A DNA stretch of 61,837 nt, counting the filler, from Dugesia japonica (Eukaryota): the NCBI GenBank assembly GCA_001938525.1. It is 5 parts of 5 records of this genome, joined end to end, with 100 filler letters (N's around TTAATTAATTAA, not from the genome) between each part and the next. Parts side by side here need not be neighbours in the genome. Positions count along the whole stretch, not along the records: positions 32,727 to 46,073 come from MQRL01579061.1; positions 46,174 to 61,837 come from MQRL01600351.1; 3 more parts are not named here. One strand, written 5' to 3'. Positions within the stretch are counted from its first letter, which is position 1; each line of letters begins with the position of its first letter. The notes beneath the pieces were generated by a model. The model saw only the letters and a list, made by a program, of their open reading frames with translations, was not told the DNA's origin and made no database searches. Position numbers and translations under genes: made by a program. Shown in pieces: positions 38,690 through 52,206 of the stretch.

Positions 38690-39859
38690 ATCTAGATCCA
38701 CTTATCAAAGAACCCGGTGTTGACCATAATTTTATTTTGTATAGTTACTTATTTTTTCAAAAAACTGAAATATCCAAATTTCAAACCTTTTTTTATTAAA
38801 ATGTAAGAAAAATTACAATATTACAAATATTACAAGTATTTTTTCACCTAAAATATTTTCAATAAACACAAATCTGGTTGTGAAAAGTGAAGTTAAATTT
38901 TAAAAAGCGAATTAGACAAGAAACAATATAATTTCATGAAAGTCTCTAGAATACCATCATCAAAAGTAAGTGCGGAGTAATATAGCACTTTTGTAAATAG
39001 AAATTGATAATAAGATTTACAATTTTCTTAGCCTTTATATTCTTAAAACACTTCTTCTGAAAATATAAATCTTATCGTTGATTTAAATGAATTACGTTAG
39101 TCATAATTTATAAATGAATCCTACAGGTAAGTTTAAACCTGACATCAATAAATTTAGTAATTCTATTTATATGTTTTGATTTTTCTACGAAACATTTAAT
39201 TATTAAAATTATTTTATAGAAAAAGACAGTCCAATAAAAAGTGGTTTCCAATGAGAGAATACAAAGGAGGTGAATTAGAAATCAGAAAACGGTTTTATCC
39301 AAATTCATTATTCAAAGAAACTCTAACAGAAGAATAATTCTAATTGCTTTTAAAAGAATATAAAAATTCAATAATTAATTTGATTAATTATTTCAAAATT
39401 TTATTAAATATAAATTTTTATTGATGAAAAACAGGAAATATCTTTCATTTTCAATAACAATTATTAATTATTAACTTAATTATAACATTATTACTAAAGA
39501 AATAATTAGTGAATTTTAATTAATTAATAAAAATAGAAGTATTCAAAATTATATATAATTATTCGATATGAAACAATTTATTTAATTTAATGTATTATTG
39601 ACTTTTATTAAATTATTTCTTATTAAAATATGTACTGATGCATAGAATTTAAGATATTCTCAGTTGAAAAATCTTCAGTAACGTTATTGACTCTCTATAA
39701 AGATGCAAAAGTAAATTCCTTTAATTCAGATTGTTTAAATCAAACCATATAAACTTCTAGTTTAAGTTGCACTACCTGTTTATATGTAAAGGGTTACCTT
39801 TTACTGCGGGGCTATTCAATTAGATTTAGTCAAGAGTCAAACCAAAGAAATCTGGAGAT

Positions 39860-40390
39860 GGTAGCAGGCCAGATGCTTGGAGGAGGGGTGTCACTAAGGA
39901 CACCCGTGGCGGTCACCCCGAGGACAAACGATGGCGCCGAAGGCGCGAAGTGGGTCTGGGGTAGAGTCCCAACCGCTAACGTCTTTTAGAGTCTTTTGGA
40001 TTAAATTAAGTCAAATTTTGAATATGTATAATGATATTTTAGAATAAATTGCATTTTCAAAAACGTAGAATTATGTTAATTTTAAAATATACTGATATTT
40101 ATTAAATAAATACATACATTTTAAATAAAATAATTTAATAATTTTCCACTTCAATTTAAAAATGTTAAATGTAAGATTGTAAATGTAAATTATAAAATTT
40201 AATCAGTGGGAAAAATGGAATTTACTTTTTTGAGTGACATTAATAAATTTTGGCTGATAAGAAGTCAGAGCAATTCTCCGGCAATCCTGCAACATATCAT
40301 TGCACATTGAACTGTGAGTGTTTGACTTGATGACGTTCATATGTGAAAAACTGGATTCACAAGTGTTAGTAGAACCAAAAATTTTGTGTG
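39860..40390 (-). mobile_element. hAT transposon 3' remnant (dimerisation domain plus GC-rich subterminal region)
   Basis: 40390-40240 encodes IFGSTNTCESSFSHMNVIKS..LQDCRRIALTSYQPKF; subterminal GCGCCGAAGGCGCG..GGGTCTGGGG block. Confidence 0.7.
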
Positions 40391-40794
40391 TTGAGGTGAT
40401 GATTGTGTAAACGATGTTATGGTTGTGATAGAGATGAATATTATTAAGACGATGTTGAAAGAGATAAATTAAACGTAGCGATAAAATGAGAGGTGTAAAA
40501 ACGAGTATCGATAAAATGAGACGAGAATTACTAACCCGAATATGATGTTTTAACTGGAAATAAAACTGCTATGAGATGTTATAGATGGTTGAGAAGTGGC
40601 AGTTGATTTGCCTCTAATGACTTATTATATAAATTTCTTTAAAAATGGTTGTACATGTTAATGAAAATAATACGTTAATTTATTATGATGATTTGGTTTT
40701 GTCTTTTGAAAGTTATATTCGTTTATTATTTTGCTTATAATCTTTTAATTTATTTACTTTCCATCATGAATTTTCATTTTTAATAAATTTAATA

Positions 40795-41660
40795 TTAGGT
40801 AATTGCATTAATTCTCGTTGTTTGTTTTAATTAAATAATTTATTAAATATAACAGCTATAATTTAAATCAATCGGTAAGATTTGTTAAGTATTAATATTT
40901 AAATGTTAAAATAATGGTATATTATTTAGTTAAGTTGTACTGCAAATGAAAACCAATCCATTTAATATGACTAGTTTTATTACAAAGAAATGCAAATTTG
41001 TGGGATTCATTGCTGTTTTGTTTTCATCCCAAAAGAAGTGCTGCAGAAAGTCATAGGATGCTTTCAGAAGCTTATGGGAACCATATTCTGTCTGAAACAT
41101 GAGCGACTTTGATTTGCAGGATAAACAACGACTAAATCAACCAAAGCGCTCTTCAGATGAAGATTTGGAAAAGGTGTTAATCAAAGATCGATTTGAAACA
41201 ATGTCAGAAATCATAAATGTCAATAAATTTACCATAAGCAGACAATTAAAAGCCATTGGATACAAACAAAAAGTCGGTAAATTGTTGCCTCATCAATTGA
41301 AAGAATCATATATCGCAAAACTATTAGACATTTGTCAGACACTGCTCAACAAGCAAAGGCAAAGTCCTTTTTACTTGTGATGAAAAATGGATTTCTTGTG
41401 AAAATCCAAAAATAGGAAAATCATAGGTGAAGCCTGGTCAACCCGGAAAATCAACACCAAATCGAGAATGGCATGAAAACAAGGTGATGTTATCCATTTT
41501 TTGGGATCAAATGGTGATTATTTATGTTGAGCTTCTGAACAAACGTTGTTTCTGAACCGGTTGATGGCCGGCATAATCAACAGCATTTAATAAAATTGAG
41601 GCAAGCATTGGACGAAAAAAGGCAGACTATTACAATAAACATGAGACTGTGTTGTTAGTT
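40795..41660 (+). mobile_element. Mariner (mauritiana/Mos1-like), 3'-truncated
   Basis: TA-TTAGGT start; ATG at 40967; LLFCFHPKRSAAESHRMLSEAYG, LLPHQL, TCDEKWI, KVMLSIFWDQ. Confidence 0.88.
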
Positions 41661-43084
41661 AGTTGCTTATTAGTCACTGCCTATAGAATTTTAGTATTGA
41701 TTGCTATAAAATGATAATTAAATAAAAATAAAAATAAATAAAGAACAAAGGTTCTAAATTTTTAAAGAAATAGTAAATGATAAATTATTAGATAATTATT
41801 TTCGAACCTTGTTTTCAAGAATAGCTTGTTTTCTTTCTAAGTCATTACATTACTTCATCCTGGTTAGTACAGTCGTCAATTATTCTAACAATTCACATCC
41901 AGTCTCCAATTGTAAACGCTCAAGATCGTTAGCTTTCAATCGAGTCCGTTCAATTATAAACTCGAATACGGTATATGTATCTTCAGTAGCAGTTTTTCAA
42001 TTTTTCACATCTGGTAATGAATGTACACCGCTAAAAATGTCTTTATGAAATAAAAACAGTTAGTCATCATCGCCGACACTTGTCTAGACACGGATCCGCT
42101 AAACGACATGGAGTTTCAACTCGCTATTATCAAATCCAACATATGGTATTATAAAAATTTATTTAATTTTATAATAATATTAGTATAAATTAATTTAATG
42201 AAAAAATAAAGAAAATAATAATCATAATATATTAATAAGAATTTATCAATGAGAATAATCAAATAATTAATTAATTATAATAATAATAAAAGGAATCAAA
42301 TATTTCCAATGATAAGACCCGTATTTTCTACGTCAAACTCTTATTTTTACTAACAATGTAACTGATAACTACATATTTGGCTAACTAAAAGGAAAAATCA
42401 ATGAGCAAGTATGAATGTCAAAGAGTAAGCAAAGAAGCAGAAGAACAATTAGATGAAAAATAACTGAAATGATTATATTATTTTAAATAAAAGCATGTCA
42501 TATCACTCTTACTTCTCGTCACTCAGTCAGAATGTATCATTTTATTTCTAAAAGCTTCTCTTTAAATATTAAGACACAACATAAATTAGAGAAAAATATG
42601 GTTATATATGGATAAATGATGAAAGCTTTTGGTAAAATAGAGTAAATATAGCTAAAAATGTGAAAATGATTGCAAAATAGGTGAAAATAATGGGAAATGA
42701 GGGAAAATAGACAGACTAGTAGACAAATTTAGCATATTAAATGACTGTATGCAAAGAATAAATTTTGTAAGTGCGTTTTGAAAAGCGAGTTGAAAATTTG
42801 TGTGATTAGTGATCATTTTTTTTTAAATCTTTTATTTAAAAAAAAACTTAAAGAACGAATATTTGATTTTAAATTTTAAATGACGATTTAATAATAAATT
42901 AAAATTTTTAAATAACTCAAAATAAATTTTAAATAATTTGAAAAATTATCCCCAATTAAAACATGGGATTTTAATTTGTTTGAATAAACAAAAAGTGTTA
43001 GTATAGTTTTGTTTTACGAATAAATTTTCAATGGAATTGAGTTTTAATATTGATGATCCGATGATTACTTCAAACTCATCTAAC

Positions 43085-45990
43085 ATGGTGGCAGCGGTAA
43101 ACACCGAAGAAATAATAGAGAGATATTTTTCAGAGGCGATGATCTAGAGAAATTTATCAAATGATGTGAAACATACTTTGAAGCAAATAGCATCGTTGTT
43201 AAGAAAGATCAGAAGCGCTTGACAACATGTATTCTTGATGAAGATATAATGGAAGCATATGTGAAAACATTGAAGAAAGCGGACGGATTTTGAGGGGGAT
43301 TGTAATTAGCTGTTGAGAGCAAGAGAGACATAATAAAAAATTTAAAGAATCTTGAAAGCTATCAGCGTGGTGATGAAAAACTTGAGGTGTTCTTTAAAAG
43401 GTGGAAGATTTGGTCGAATAATGGATAGATGACGAAAATAAAACTCTTGTGAAAAATGCTAATAATTTGTGCTGATAGTAAGAAAGCAAAAGAAGAGATT
43501 ATCATGCGAAAATTGGAGAAAGTAGAAGATATAAAAAAAACATTAGTTGAAAAAATAGAAAAAAAAACCTATTAACTTTGTAAAGAGTTACGCGGGTGTA
43601 ACACGTGGAGAAAGTACTGGAGAAAGGAGACAAAATATTGAGAGAGTTACGAAAAGAACAGAACCACAGTGTTGGGCATAACAAAGTTATGAGTACACAA
43701 AAAGAGAGTATCCAAAAGATTCACAAGTGGAATTTTGGACTTGTCACAAAAAAGGGCATTTAAGTAGAAATTGTCCAGACAAGAAACCAACAAAATGTTT
43801 TAAGTGTGAGAAGATTGGTCACATCAGAATGCTGTACACAGAAATTGTATGCGGTAGATGTAAAAGACCAGATCACGGAGCGGAAGAATGTTACTCGGAC
43901 ATTAATAAACAAAGACTAAAGGAAAGAAGATACCATTCTAAATGTGGACAACAAACAAAAGATTGGAGTTAGACCAAACAAATTCATGCCATTCGAGAAG
44001 TGAATGATGATGAGAATGAATGGATATTTTCTAAGAGCATAATAGAAAATGAAGATCCGAGAATAGAATACCCAAAAGGCATTAGTAGACAAGTTGATCG
44101 GAGCCATTCATTAAACGAGATACCGTTTGATTATCCTCTAGAGACTGAAAAATGGAATGAAACGAGTAGAATGAGAGAAAAGGTTTACAGACTCTTAAAT
44201 AGAGAAAGTTTAAATGGTGTGGAAATTAACAAAGCAGAAGTGAAAGGAACAATTGAAGAGAAATAGAACGTATAAATTTTGTATGATAAGATGCAAAGGA
44301 GACTTAGCATTTAAGTGATGATCAAGGGTAAACAGTTTGATTGTTTGTTAGATACAGGAGCAGGAATAAATGTAATGAGCATGAACGGATTTAGTAGACT
44401 CGGAGAAAATATGCTAGAAAAAACCGTGGAATGATTGCATTGCGCGAATAATAGCTCATTGGAGACCATTAGAAAGATCCGCGTGGAAGTTGTACTTTCA
44501 GAATTTTGCAAGGAAGTAAGATTTATAAAATTAAATAAACTAATACCAGATTTAATTGGTGGAGTGGAATTTCAGAATATTTTTGGGTATCATCTTCAAA
44601 ACAAGTGCCAAGTAGACATTAATAATCAATGAGAAAAATTTGTTTGCAACATTGATCAAAGTTTAGAAGGGAGATACAGACGAGCGAACAGTTGAGACAT
44701 GCAATGGTGATTCCAGAAATTAACAACGATCATAGAATGTATTTATGGTGGATAAATGGGACATTAGATGTACACATTTAACGAAGCATCGAATAATCAC
44801 TAAAGGAGGTCCAATTAACATAAAACCGTATCGTCAACCAATGAATCTAGAAGAGTAGATTGAAGTGGCCATAAAGAATCTGTATGATAACGATATCATC
44901 CGGAAGTGTAATTCTCAATGGAATCCGCCAATAATCTGCGTTCAGAATGAGGAAAAAAGGATATACGATTATGCTTAGACTTTAGACAGCTCAGTGCAAT
45001 AACTGAAAGACATGCTATTTCAATGTCAAATGTAGACGAAATGCTGGATGCTTTAGAAGGTGCAAAATAATTCAGCTCAATAGACCTAAGAAATGCATTC
45101 TATCAAGTGGAACTCAGTGAAAATTCTCATAGAGAAGAGAGCTTTTTTGACCAAACAAGGGCAACTTGATTTCAATAGAATGCCTTTTGGAATTGCGGCA
45201 GCACCAGGTACGTTCCAGGAAATTATGAATAAAGTAATCGGGAAAATAAAAGGAGCGATGGTTTATCTATACGATATTCTTATATTTACAGAAATAAAGG
45301 AGCAACACTATAAAATAGTCAATAAAGTATTGACAAAAATTAAGAATGCTAGTCTAAGGGTTAATCCGGAGAAATGTCAATTTTTACGAAACGAGATCAA
45401 GCGTTTTGGAGAAGTTATCAATAAAGAAGATATCAAAACAGATTCAACTAAATTATAAGCAATTCAGAAGTTTGGCAAACCAAAATGCGTTTAGAAGATG
45501 AAAAGCTTTTTAAAAATTTGCAATTGCTATTGCAAGTTTATTAAAGATTATTCAAAAAAAGTTAGATTGTTGGAACATTTGTGTAGTGGGCCAAATAACA
45601 AGAAAATTGAATGGGAAGTTTTTAATAGAATAAAAGAAGCACTAATGATGTATCCAATATTATGCTTTTCAGATATTTATGTTTTTGGATACAATGCGAG
45701 TTTTGACACAATTGGTGCAGTACTATTTTAAAGGGATAACAATGGACAAGAAAGAGTAATTTCATATGGGTCACACGCAATGACGAGTCATGAGAAAGAA
45801 TATTGTACTACTCGGAAAGAATTACTCGCCATATACTACTTTTGTATTCATTTCTAATATTACATATATGGAAAGAGATTTATTCTGAGAACAGACCATA
45901 AAACTATCACTTTTATGCTAAATACCAAGAAACCGATTACATCACAGTTTCAAAATTGGACTTATTATTTGAGCAGTTTAGATATAAAAG
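43085..45990 (+). mobile_element. Degenerate Ty3/gypsy element: PBS, gag with three zinc knuckles, protease, RT, RNase H
   Basis: TAACA|TGGTGGCAGCGGT; three CCHC-like knuckles in ORF 43727-43972; LLDTGA at about 44345; RMPFGIAAAPGTFQ, VYLYDIL; NASFDTIGAVL, RTDHK. Confidence 0.92.
43086..43098 (+). promoter_or_regulatory. Primer-binding site, probably tRNA-Leu
   Basis: TGGTGGCAGCGGT directly follows an LTR-like CA end and is complementary to the ..ACCGCUGCCACCA 3' end of animal tRNA-Leu (from memory). An identical copy is at 53323. Confidence 0.7.
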
Positions 45991-46073
45991 TGAAGAGCTT
46001 AAAAGTCTAAAAATTGTTACCAACTAAATAGTTTTATGTTGATTGGAACTCCTTTAGTGATTATTTGATGCTT

Positions 46074-46173
46074 NNNNNNNNNNNNNNNNNNNNNNNNNNN
46101 NNNNNNNNNNNNNNNNNTTAATTAATTAANNNNNNNNNNNNNNNNNNNNNNNNNNNNNNNNNNNNNNNNNNNN
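46074..46173. other. Artificial scaffold-concatenation linker
   Basis: N44-TTAATTAATTAA-N44. Confidence 0.95.
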
Positions 46174-48510
46174 TAACAATAATAAAATGTTTTTGAATAT
46201 ATCTACGCCAAAAGAAATAATTGAAAATTTTCATTGTTTAGATTAAAGGTGTGATAACCAACTTGTGATAATTCACTCCTATAAAAACATTTTAATAATA
46301 TTAATACTACTACTACTACTACTAATAATAATAATAATAATAATAGTAATAATAAAATAATGTGTGAAAATTTAAGTAATAATAATAATATTAATAATAA
46401 AAATAATAATAACAATAGCAGTAATAATAATAATATTATAATAATATGATTACAATAAAATAATAATAGTAATAATTATAATATATTTTATATAACAATG
46501 CTTTATGTGCATCACTTTAAATTTCTATTAAAAATAAAGTAAGGTATGAAATTTTTCTTGTAAATTTAAACAATAAAAAAGTTATTTAAGGTCAATGTGC
46601 AACGCTTTTAATTTCTAATAAAAAATAATGTGTGAAAGGTTTTCATGTTAATTAAATCAAAAATATAATTTTAAGTCAAATAACGAGTGAAAATTAACAC
46701 CTAACAAATCACTTGGCAATAAAAATAATAATCCTTAAAATAATAATGTTTCTATATATATTAATACTCAATAAATGAGATTAATGTAAAAAAAAAACAT
46801 ATAAAAAACATACAAATAATAAATAGTACGTAAAGTTTTACACGCCAATAAAATATTATTGTTTTTTTTGCGCTTTTATTTTTTAATAAAAAAAGAATGT
46901 CTAAAATATTTTTATGTTAATTATAACAAAAAATAATTTGATAAAAAAATAATATTTGAGACTCATCATATTTTTATGGAAAAATGTTTAAAGTTATGGT
47001 TTTAAAGTATAAAGTTAGCGAAAAAGGTGTGAAAGTTCACATTGTACATTAAGTGTGAAAGTTCATACTTTTGAAAAAAGTACATTTAAATAACTACAAT
47101 GATATGTTTTAATTAATGTTTTTTAATATTCATACATAAATACAAATAATTAAGGTGTGAAATTTCAAGTCGAAAGTGTGAAAATTCACACACAGAAAAA
47201 CATTTTAATAATAATAATAAAAATTAATTTCTGAAAATTTACATGCCGATAAAAAAAAATATTGTTTATAATAAGATGTAAAAATTCACACCTATAAAAA
47301 AATTTATTAATATTAAAAATAATAATAATCATAAAAATAATGTATTTTATAATGCTCACGCTTTTTAGTTTTTAATAAAAAAAGTTATGTGTAAAATTTG
47401 TTTCATATTAATTAAAACAATTAAATAATTTGAGGTCTCCTGAGGTGTGAAATTTCACACCTATAAAAACCTTTTTAATAATATTAATAATAATAATTAT
47501 TATTATTTTATATAGTAATGATTTTTATATAGTAATGCACAATGCACAACGCTTTTAATTTTTAATAAAAAATTAATAAGGTGTGAATTTTTCATGATAA
47601 TTAAAACAATAAAAATTTAATTTATTTTTATAATGCTCAATGCACCATGCTTTTAATTTTTTAATAAAATAAATAATGGATGAAAATTTTTCATGTTAAT
47701 TAAAACAAAAAATTAATTTGATATTTAAAATGCTTAATGCTCAACGCATTTAATCTTTAATAAAAAATAAATAATGTCTGAAATTTTTATTTGTTAATTA
47801 AAACCAAATTTAATTCTAGGTCAAATGAAGTGTGAAAATTCACACCTGTAATAAAACATATAAAGACAATGCATGAATGCATAACGCTTTAAAAACAATT
47901 AAAATAACTGATTTACAATTAATTGTGTAATTTACTCGAATAAAATAAAAATTAATTTTTTCAGGTCAAATAAAGGTGTGAAATTTCACACCTTACGTAG
48001 TTTATTTTAAATGTATGAAAATTGGCGCGAAAGGTGTGAAATTTGATACCTTGTGATTACGTCACATCCTGGTCCGGTGNNNNNNNNNNNNNNNNNNNNN
48101 NNAGAATAAGGTCAATAAATGTTTTACGCTTATGAAATTTCATTGTTTGTATTAAGATGTGAAAGTTCACACCTATAAAAAACATTTTTATAATAATAAA
48201 AAATAATAATGTGCGAAATTTTACATGTCCATAAAAAATTATTATTTATATGTTTTTGAAATTTCACATGTCAATACAAATAATAAAGTTACATTTATAT
48301 TTACATTTAAATTTATCATAAAAAAAAATTTCCATGGTTAACATACAATAAAAATGAGGTCAACTGTAATGTGTGAAAAAATTTACACCAAGGGTGTGAA
48401 AATTCACAGTTTACATTAAAGTGTGAAAGTTCACGCCTATTGTTGTTTAAATTATAAGGTGAGAGGTGACCTGTCAATCATCTGAGCCAGTGCGGACACT
48501 TCCACCTACT
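46174..48510 (-). mobile_element. Polinton-like terminal region with an array of palindromic GGTGTGAAA(A/T)TTCACACC motifs
   Basis: Ends ..CCAGTGCGGACACTTCCACCTACT at 48510; many full or half copies of the palindrome over 2.3 kb. Confidence 0.6.
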
Positions 48511-51500
48511 GATAATATGTATCGAATATTTTATAATACATAAAGATATTTTCCACATAATTTTTTCAAAAGTTAAATTTTTCCAGAAGTAAAATAATCA
48601 TCACCGATCAATGAATCAATTATTTTTACATTTATTATTTTTACATCAATTATTTTGAACATTTTATTTTTAAACATAATTATAATCCATAATTATTAAA
48701 TTGAAATACATGTNNNNNNNNNNNNNNNNNNNNNNNNNNNNNNNNNNNNNNNNNNNNNNNNNNNNNNNNNNNNNNNNNNNNNNNNNNNNNNTTTTTATAA
48801 TTTTACTTGTTATATACAATGTTTTAAATTAAAAATACATTTTTTAATCGAATTATGACAAAGCGTTATCTATGTATTAATTATTTTAAACTAAGGTATT
48901 GAAAATACTGCTACGAGATGTCATATGCTGACATGTATTGCTTTAGCACTATTTTTTCGCGTGCTGTGTACTTCCTTTTCAGTTTTTACGAAAAATATTT
49001 TTTATGGCACCTATTTATTTAATATTATTAATTATAAAGTTTATTGAATATTTATTAATTAAATAATTAATAAAGTTAATAATATAATTTCAAATATTGT
49101 TCTAAATAATAAAATGTATTATTCTTTTTCTTTTTATTATTTTATCATGGGCATCTCGAAACGTACTGCTTTACGTTTACACAAAAGTGGTCATTTACTT
49201 AACTGATAAGTGTAAAAATAAAGTTTTAAGATTTCAAAAAAATGAAACTGAAATAAAATATTAAGAACATAAAAATTTTTAAGTATCGAATTATGTACTA
49301 CCAATTTATAAATTCCTGTGATTATGTGAATATTAAAGGAATTGTAAGAAAAATTATACAATACATAAATTAAATAAAATTTTCAAAACAATCAATGGTT
49401 TCATGTTTATTTTTATTTCATCAGAGTTAAAGTTTGGTGATTTTCAATTGCATTAATCATGATCAGTGAAAGTTTTTTTTATCGAATAGACTGGTTTATG
49501 ATATAATATGAGATACTTTTTATTTTTTAAAAAAAGTTTCCAACCCTGGGGGATGGCAATTTACGTTAGGAAACATTTTTCTCGAGACGATATTTTAACT
49601 TTGCCCAGTCAGTTTTTAATTCTGAGTTCAATGATACCAAATTTGAAGCCACACGTGTTATGTTCATCAAGAACATTGTGCGCCAAAATTCAAAATTTGT
49701 GATTTTTGAGACAAAAATTTATTTATTTCCTAAAGGATAAACTTTGGCGATTTTAGGTTATGGCCATAGTTATCAGTGAAAGATTCTCTATTGATTAGAC
49801 ATAATGATTTCAAGTTTTAAGAAGAAAAAATGTTTCCAAAAAATTTCTATTTTTGAAAATTCTGCATCATTTGATTTAAAAATATTTATATGTTCAAAAT
49901 TAGAAAAATTTGGGTTGTTCGCAGGATTTACATAAAAAATTGATTTAAAACTTGTAAAGTCATTTAAATGTTGAGGTTTACAAATATAACATAACATGTA
50001 TAACATATAGTCGAGCAATAGCAACAATCAGTGCTCGGTATTCGAGTCTAACCCAATTCAATACCAATCAGAATCAAAATTCGATGATTAACGATTTATT
50101 TTGATCGAGAATGACATTTATTTTAATTTAGTTTACAATATCGATTTTACAAAGACATTTATTTTGATTTCATGAATTCGGTTTACAATATTGATTGATT
50201 TATATTGTGACATTTTTTTTGATTTAATGAATAAGTTTTAAGAAAAAAATTGTAAATAATTGTATGTGAAAATTTATATTTATGTAAATTAATGAAAATC
50301 GGTAATTNTTAATGAAAATCGGTAATTATAAATTTTTGTATGTATGTGTGTACATCCTAAAAATCAGTATAAATACTGATCAATTAGACAATAAAGTTAG
50401 ACTTTTAAATTGAAAAAACCTCTCTTTGGGTGGCTTTTCTCCTTTTAATAATATCTAACGGTTTACTGTAAAATTACATATTCCCAAAAATAAAATATTT
50501 ACAAGGTGTTTATTTATTTTATTTGCATAAGATCAAATACAATATATAACGTATTTATATTTCGATAACATATTTCTTATATAATATCGTATCTACACAC
50601 GCAAACTCTAAAAAATTAAAAAGACTCAGTTACAAATACCAATTAAAAGTGAACCATTATTTCGTTGAGTTAAATACCCAACATAAACAAAAGTCACTGA
50701 ATTCTTTTACAAATTTTCTTTTACAAATAGATAGTTTCACCCACATCTAATTAGAAAAGCATGTTTAAAACATAATAAGTTTTTATAATTACCAGTAAAA
50801 ATTATTAAAAACATAAAGAGCAAAAACCACATAAAAAAGTATAAAGAAAAATAAATTTAAAAATATGTGTCGATTTGTCTATATGTTGATTTGTCTGTGT
50901 GTCAAATTGTTACGTCACCTGTAAAACATATGTAAATTTACTGCTTTATTATAAAACACGTTGAATACAATATATAATGTTTGAAAGATTTTTAACTGTC
51001 CAGTACAGCATAGATAAAGCGCCTGCTAATCTTAATTTGAGACACTAAAGTGAGTCTGAAAGCATTTCCCTTGTCCCACAGTCAGACTCGTGTCATGTTT
51101 TGTCCTTTCAATGTTCTTTGTTCAAAGAATCGAAGTGTATGAGTCATATTCTTTTAAATTCTATTCTTTAAATGGATAGAAATTAATTTTGTTATTTAAG
51201 TTTTTATTTTTGTTTTTATTGCTTTATCTGTTTATTATAATCAATGAAAAATTTATTCATTTGTTTAAATTTTATTAACTAGTACAATTAAAAATTAATT
51301 AATTATTATTAAATATTTTAATATATTAGTTAGATATTATTTATAAAAATGACAAAGTTTTAATTTTGTTAATTTTAAATTATATTATTTTTTAAAAAAA
51401 TTCATTAATATATAGTTTTTGTTTAAATAAATAATTATGGAAAATCCAAGTCTTTTTTTCTGACGAACACGCCAAAATAAGCTCACTGAAGAAGAAAGAA

Positions 51501-52089
51501 AAAGATAACAGGAATGTGTGAGCATTCAAGCGCTGAAACATGAGTTGGACTTCTTCTCCATGTTTTTGTAGTTTCTGTTTCAGATTCTTCACTGCCACTA
51601 ATTCAACATATTCTTTCGAGAGCCTGTTGGCTACTTCGCACAGAAAGACGTTGCAGATTTCATGTACGATCTCCTGCATTACCAAGGATTGACAAGTCGC
51701 TTCTTGCCTAATGCAAGTCATTTTCGATGAAACCACGTATAGGTAACTTTTTATGCTGATTCCAATGGTGCTAATATATTTTAGTATAAATTATTATTTT
51801 CTTATATATATATAACTAATATTATATTGGTGCAATGCGTCACACCCCTTATCTCGAGAACAAAACATTTTATGACCAGGTACCTTAGGCAGTGTATAGG
51901 TACGGTTTAATTTCCATTAAAATGATACCAAGATGGACTTGATCGGATCAGAATTGTGGACGGGGCAAGTTTTCATTCTTTTATCCTTGAAATTGTTCCA
52001 CAGTCAAACTTGATTCATTCAGGGATTTCACCATAAGAACCGTTGTGTCATTACACATCCACCAATACCATGGTGATACTTGTACGCTG

Positions 52090-52206
52090 AAGTATCGCGC
52101 GGGAAAATCAATACAAGAATTTGAATTTCTGCGCATGTATACAAAGTTCAGCCTACTATATTTCAGCACTAAAGGGGATAGTGCAGTGCGCTACTATTTA
52201 TCTACT
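52090..52206 (-). mobile_element. Polinton-like terminus
   Basis: Reverse complement AGTAGATAAATAGTAGCGCACTGCACTATCCCC closely parallels the terminus at 18267. Confidence 0.5.

Noticed and set aside
51002-52206. Complete mini-Polinton bounded by AGTAC..GCGCCTGC (51002) and the 52206 terminus
   Set aside because: The ends are not inverted copies of each other and there is no 6-bp TSD.
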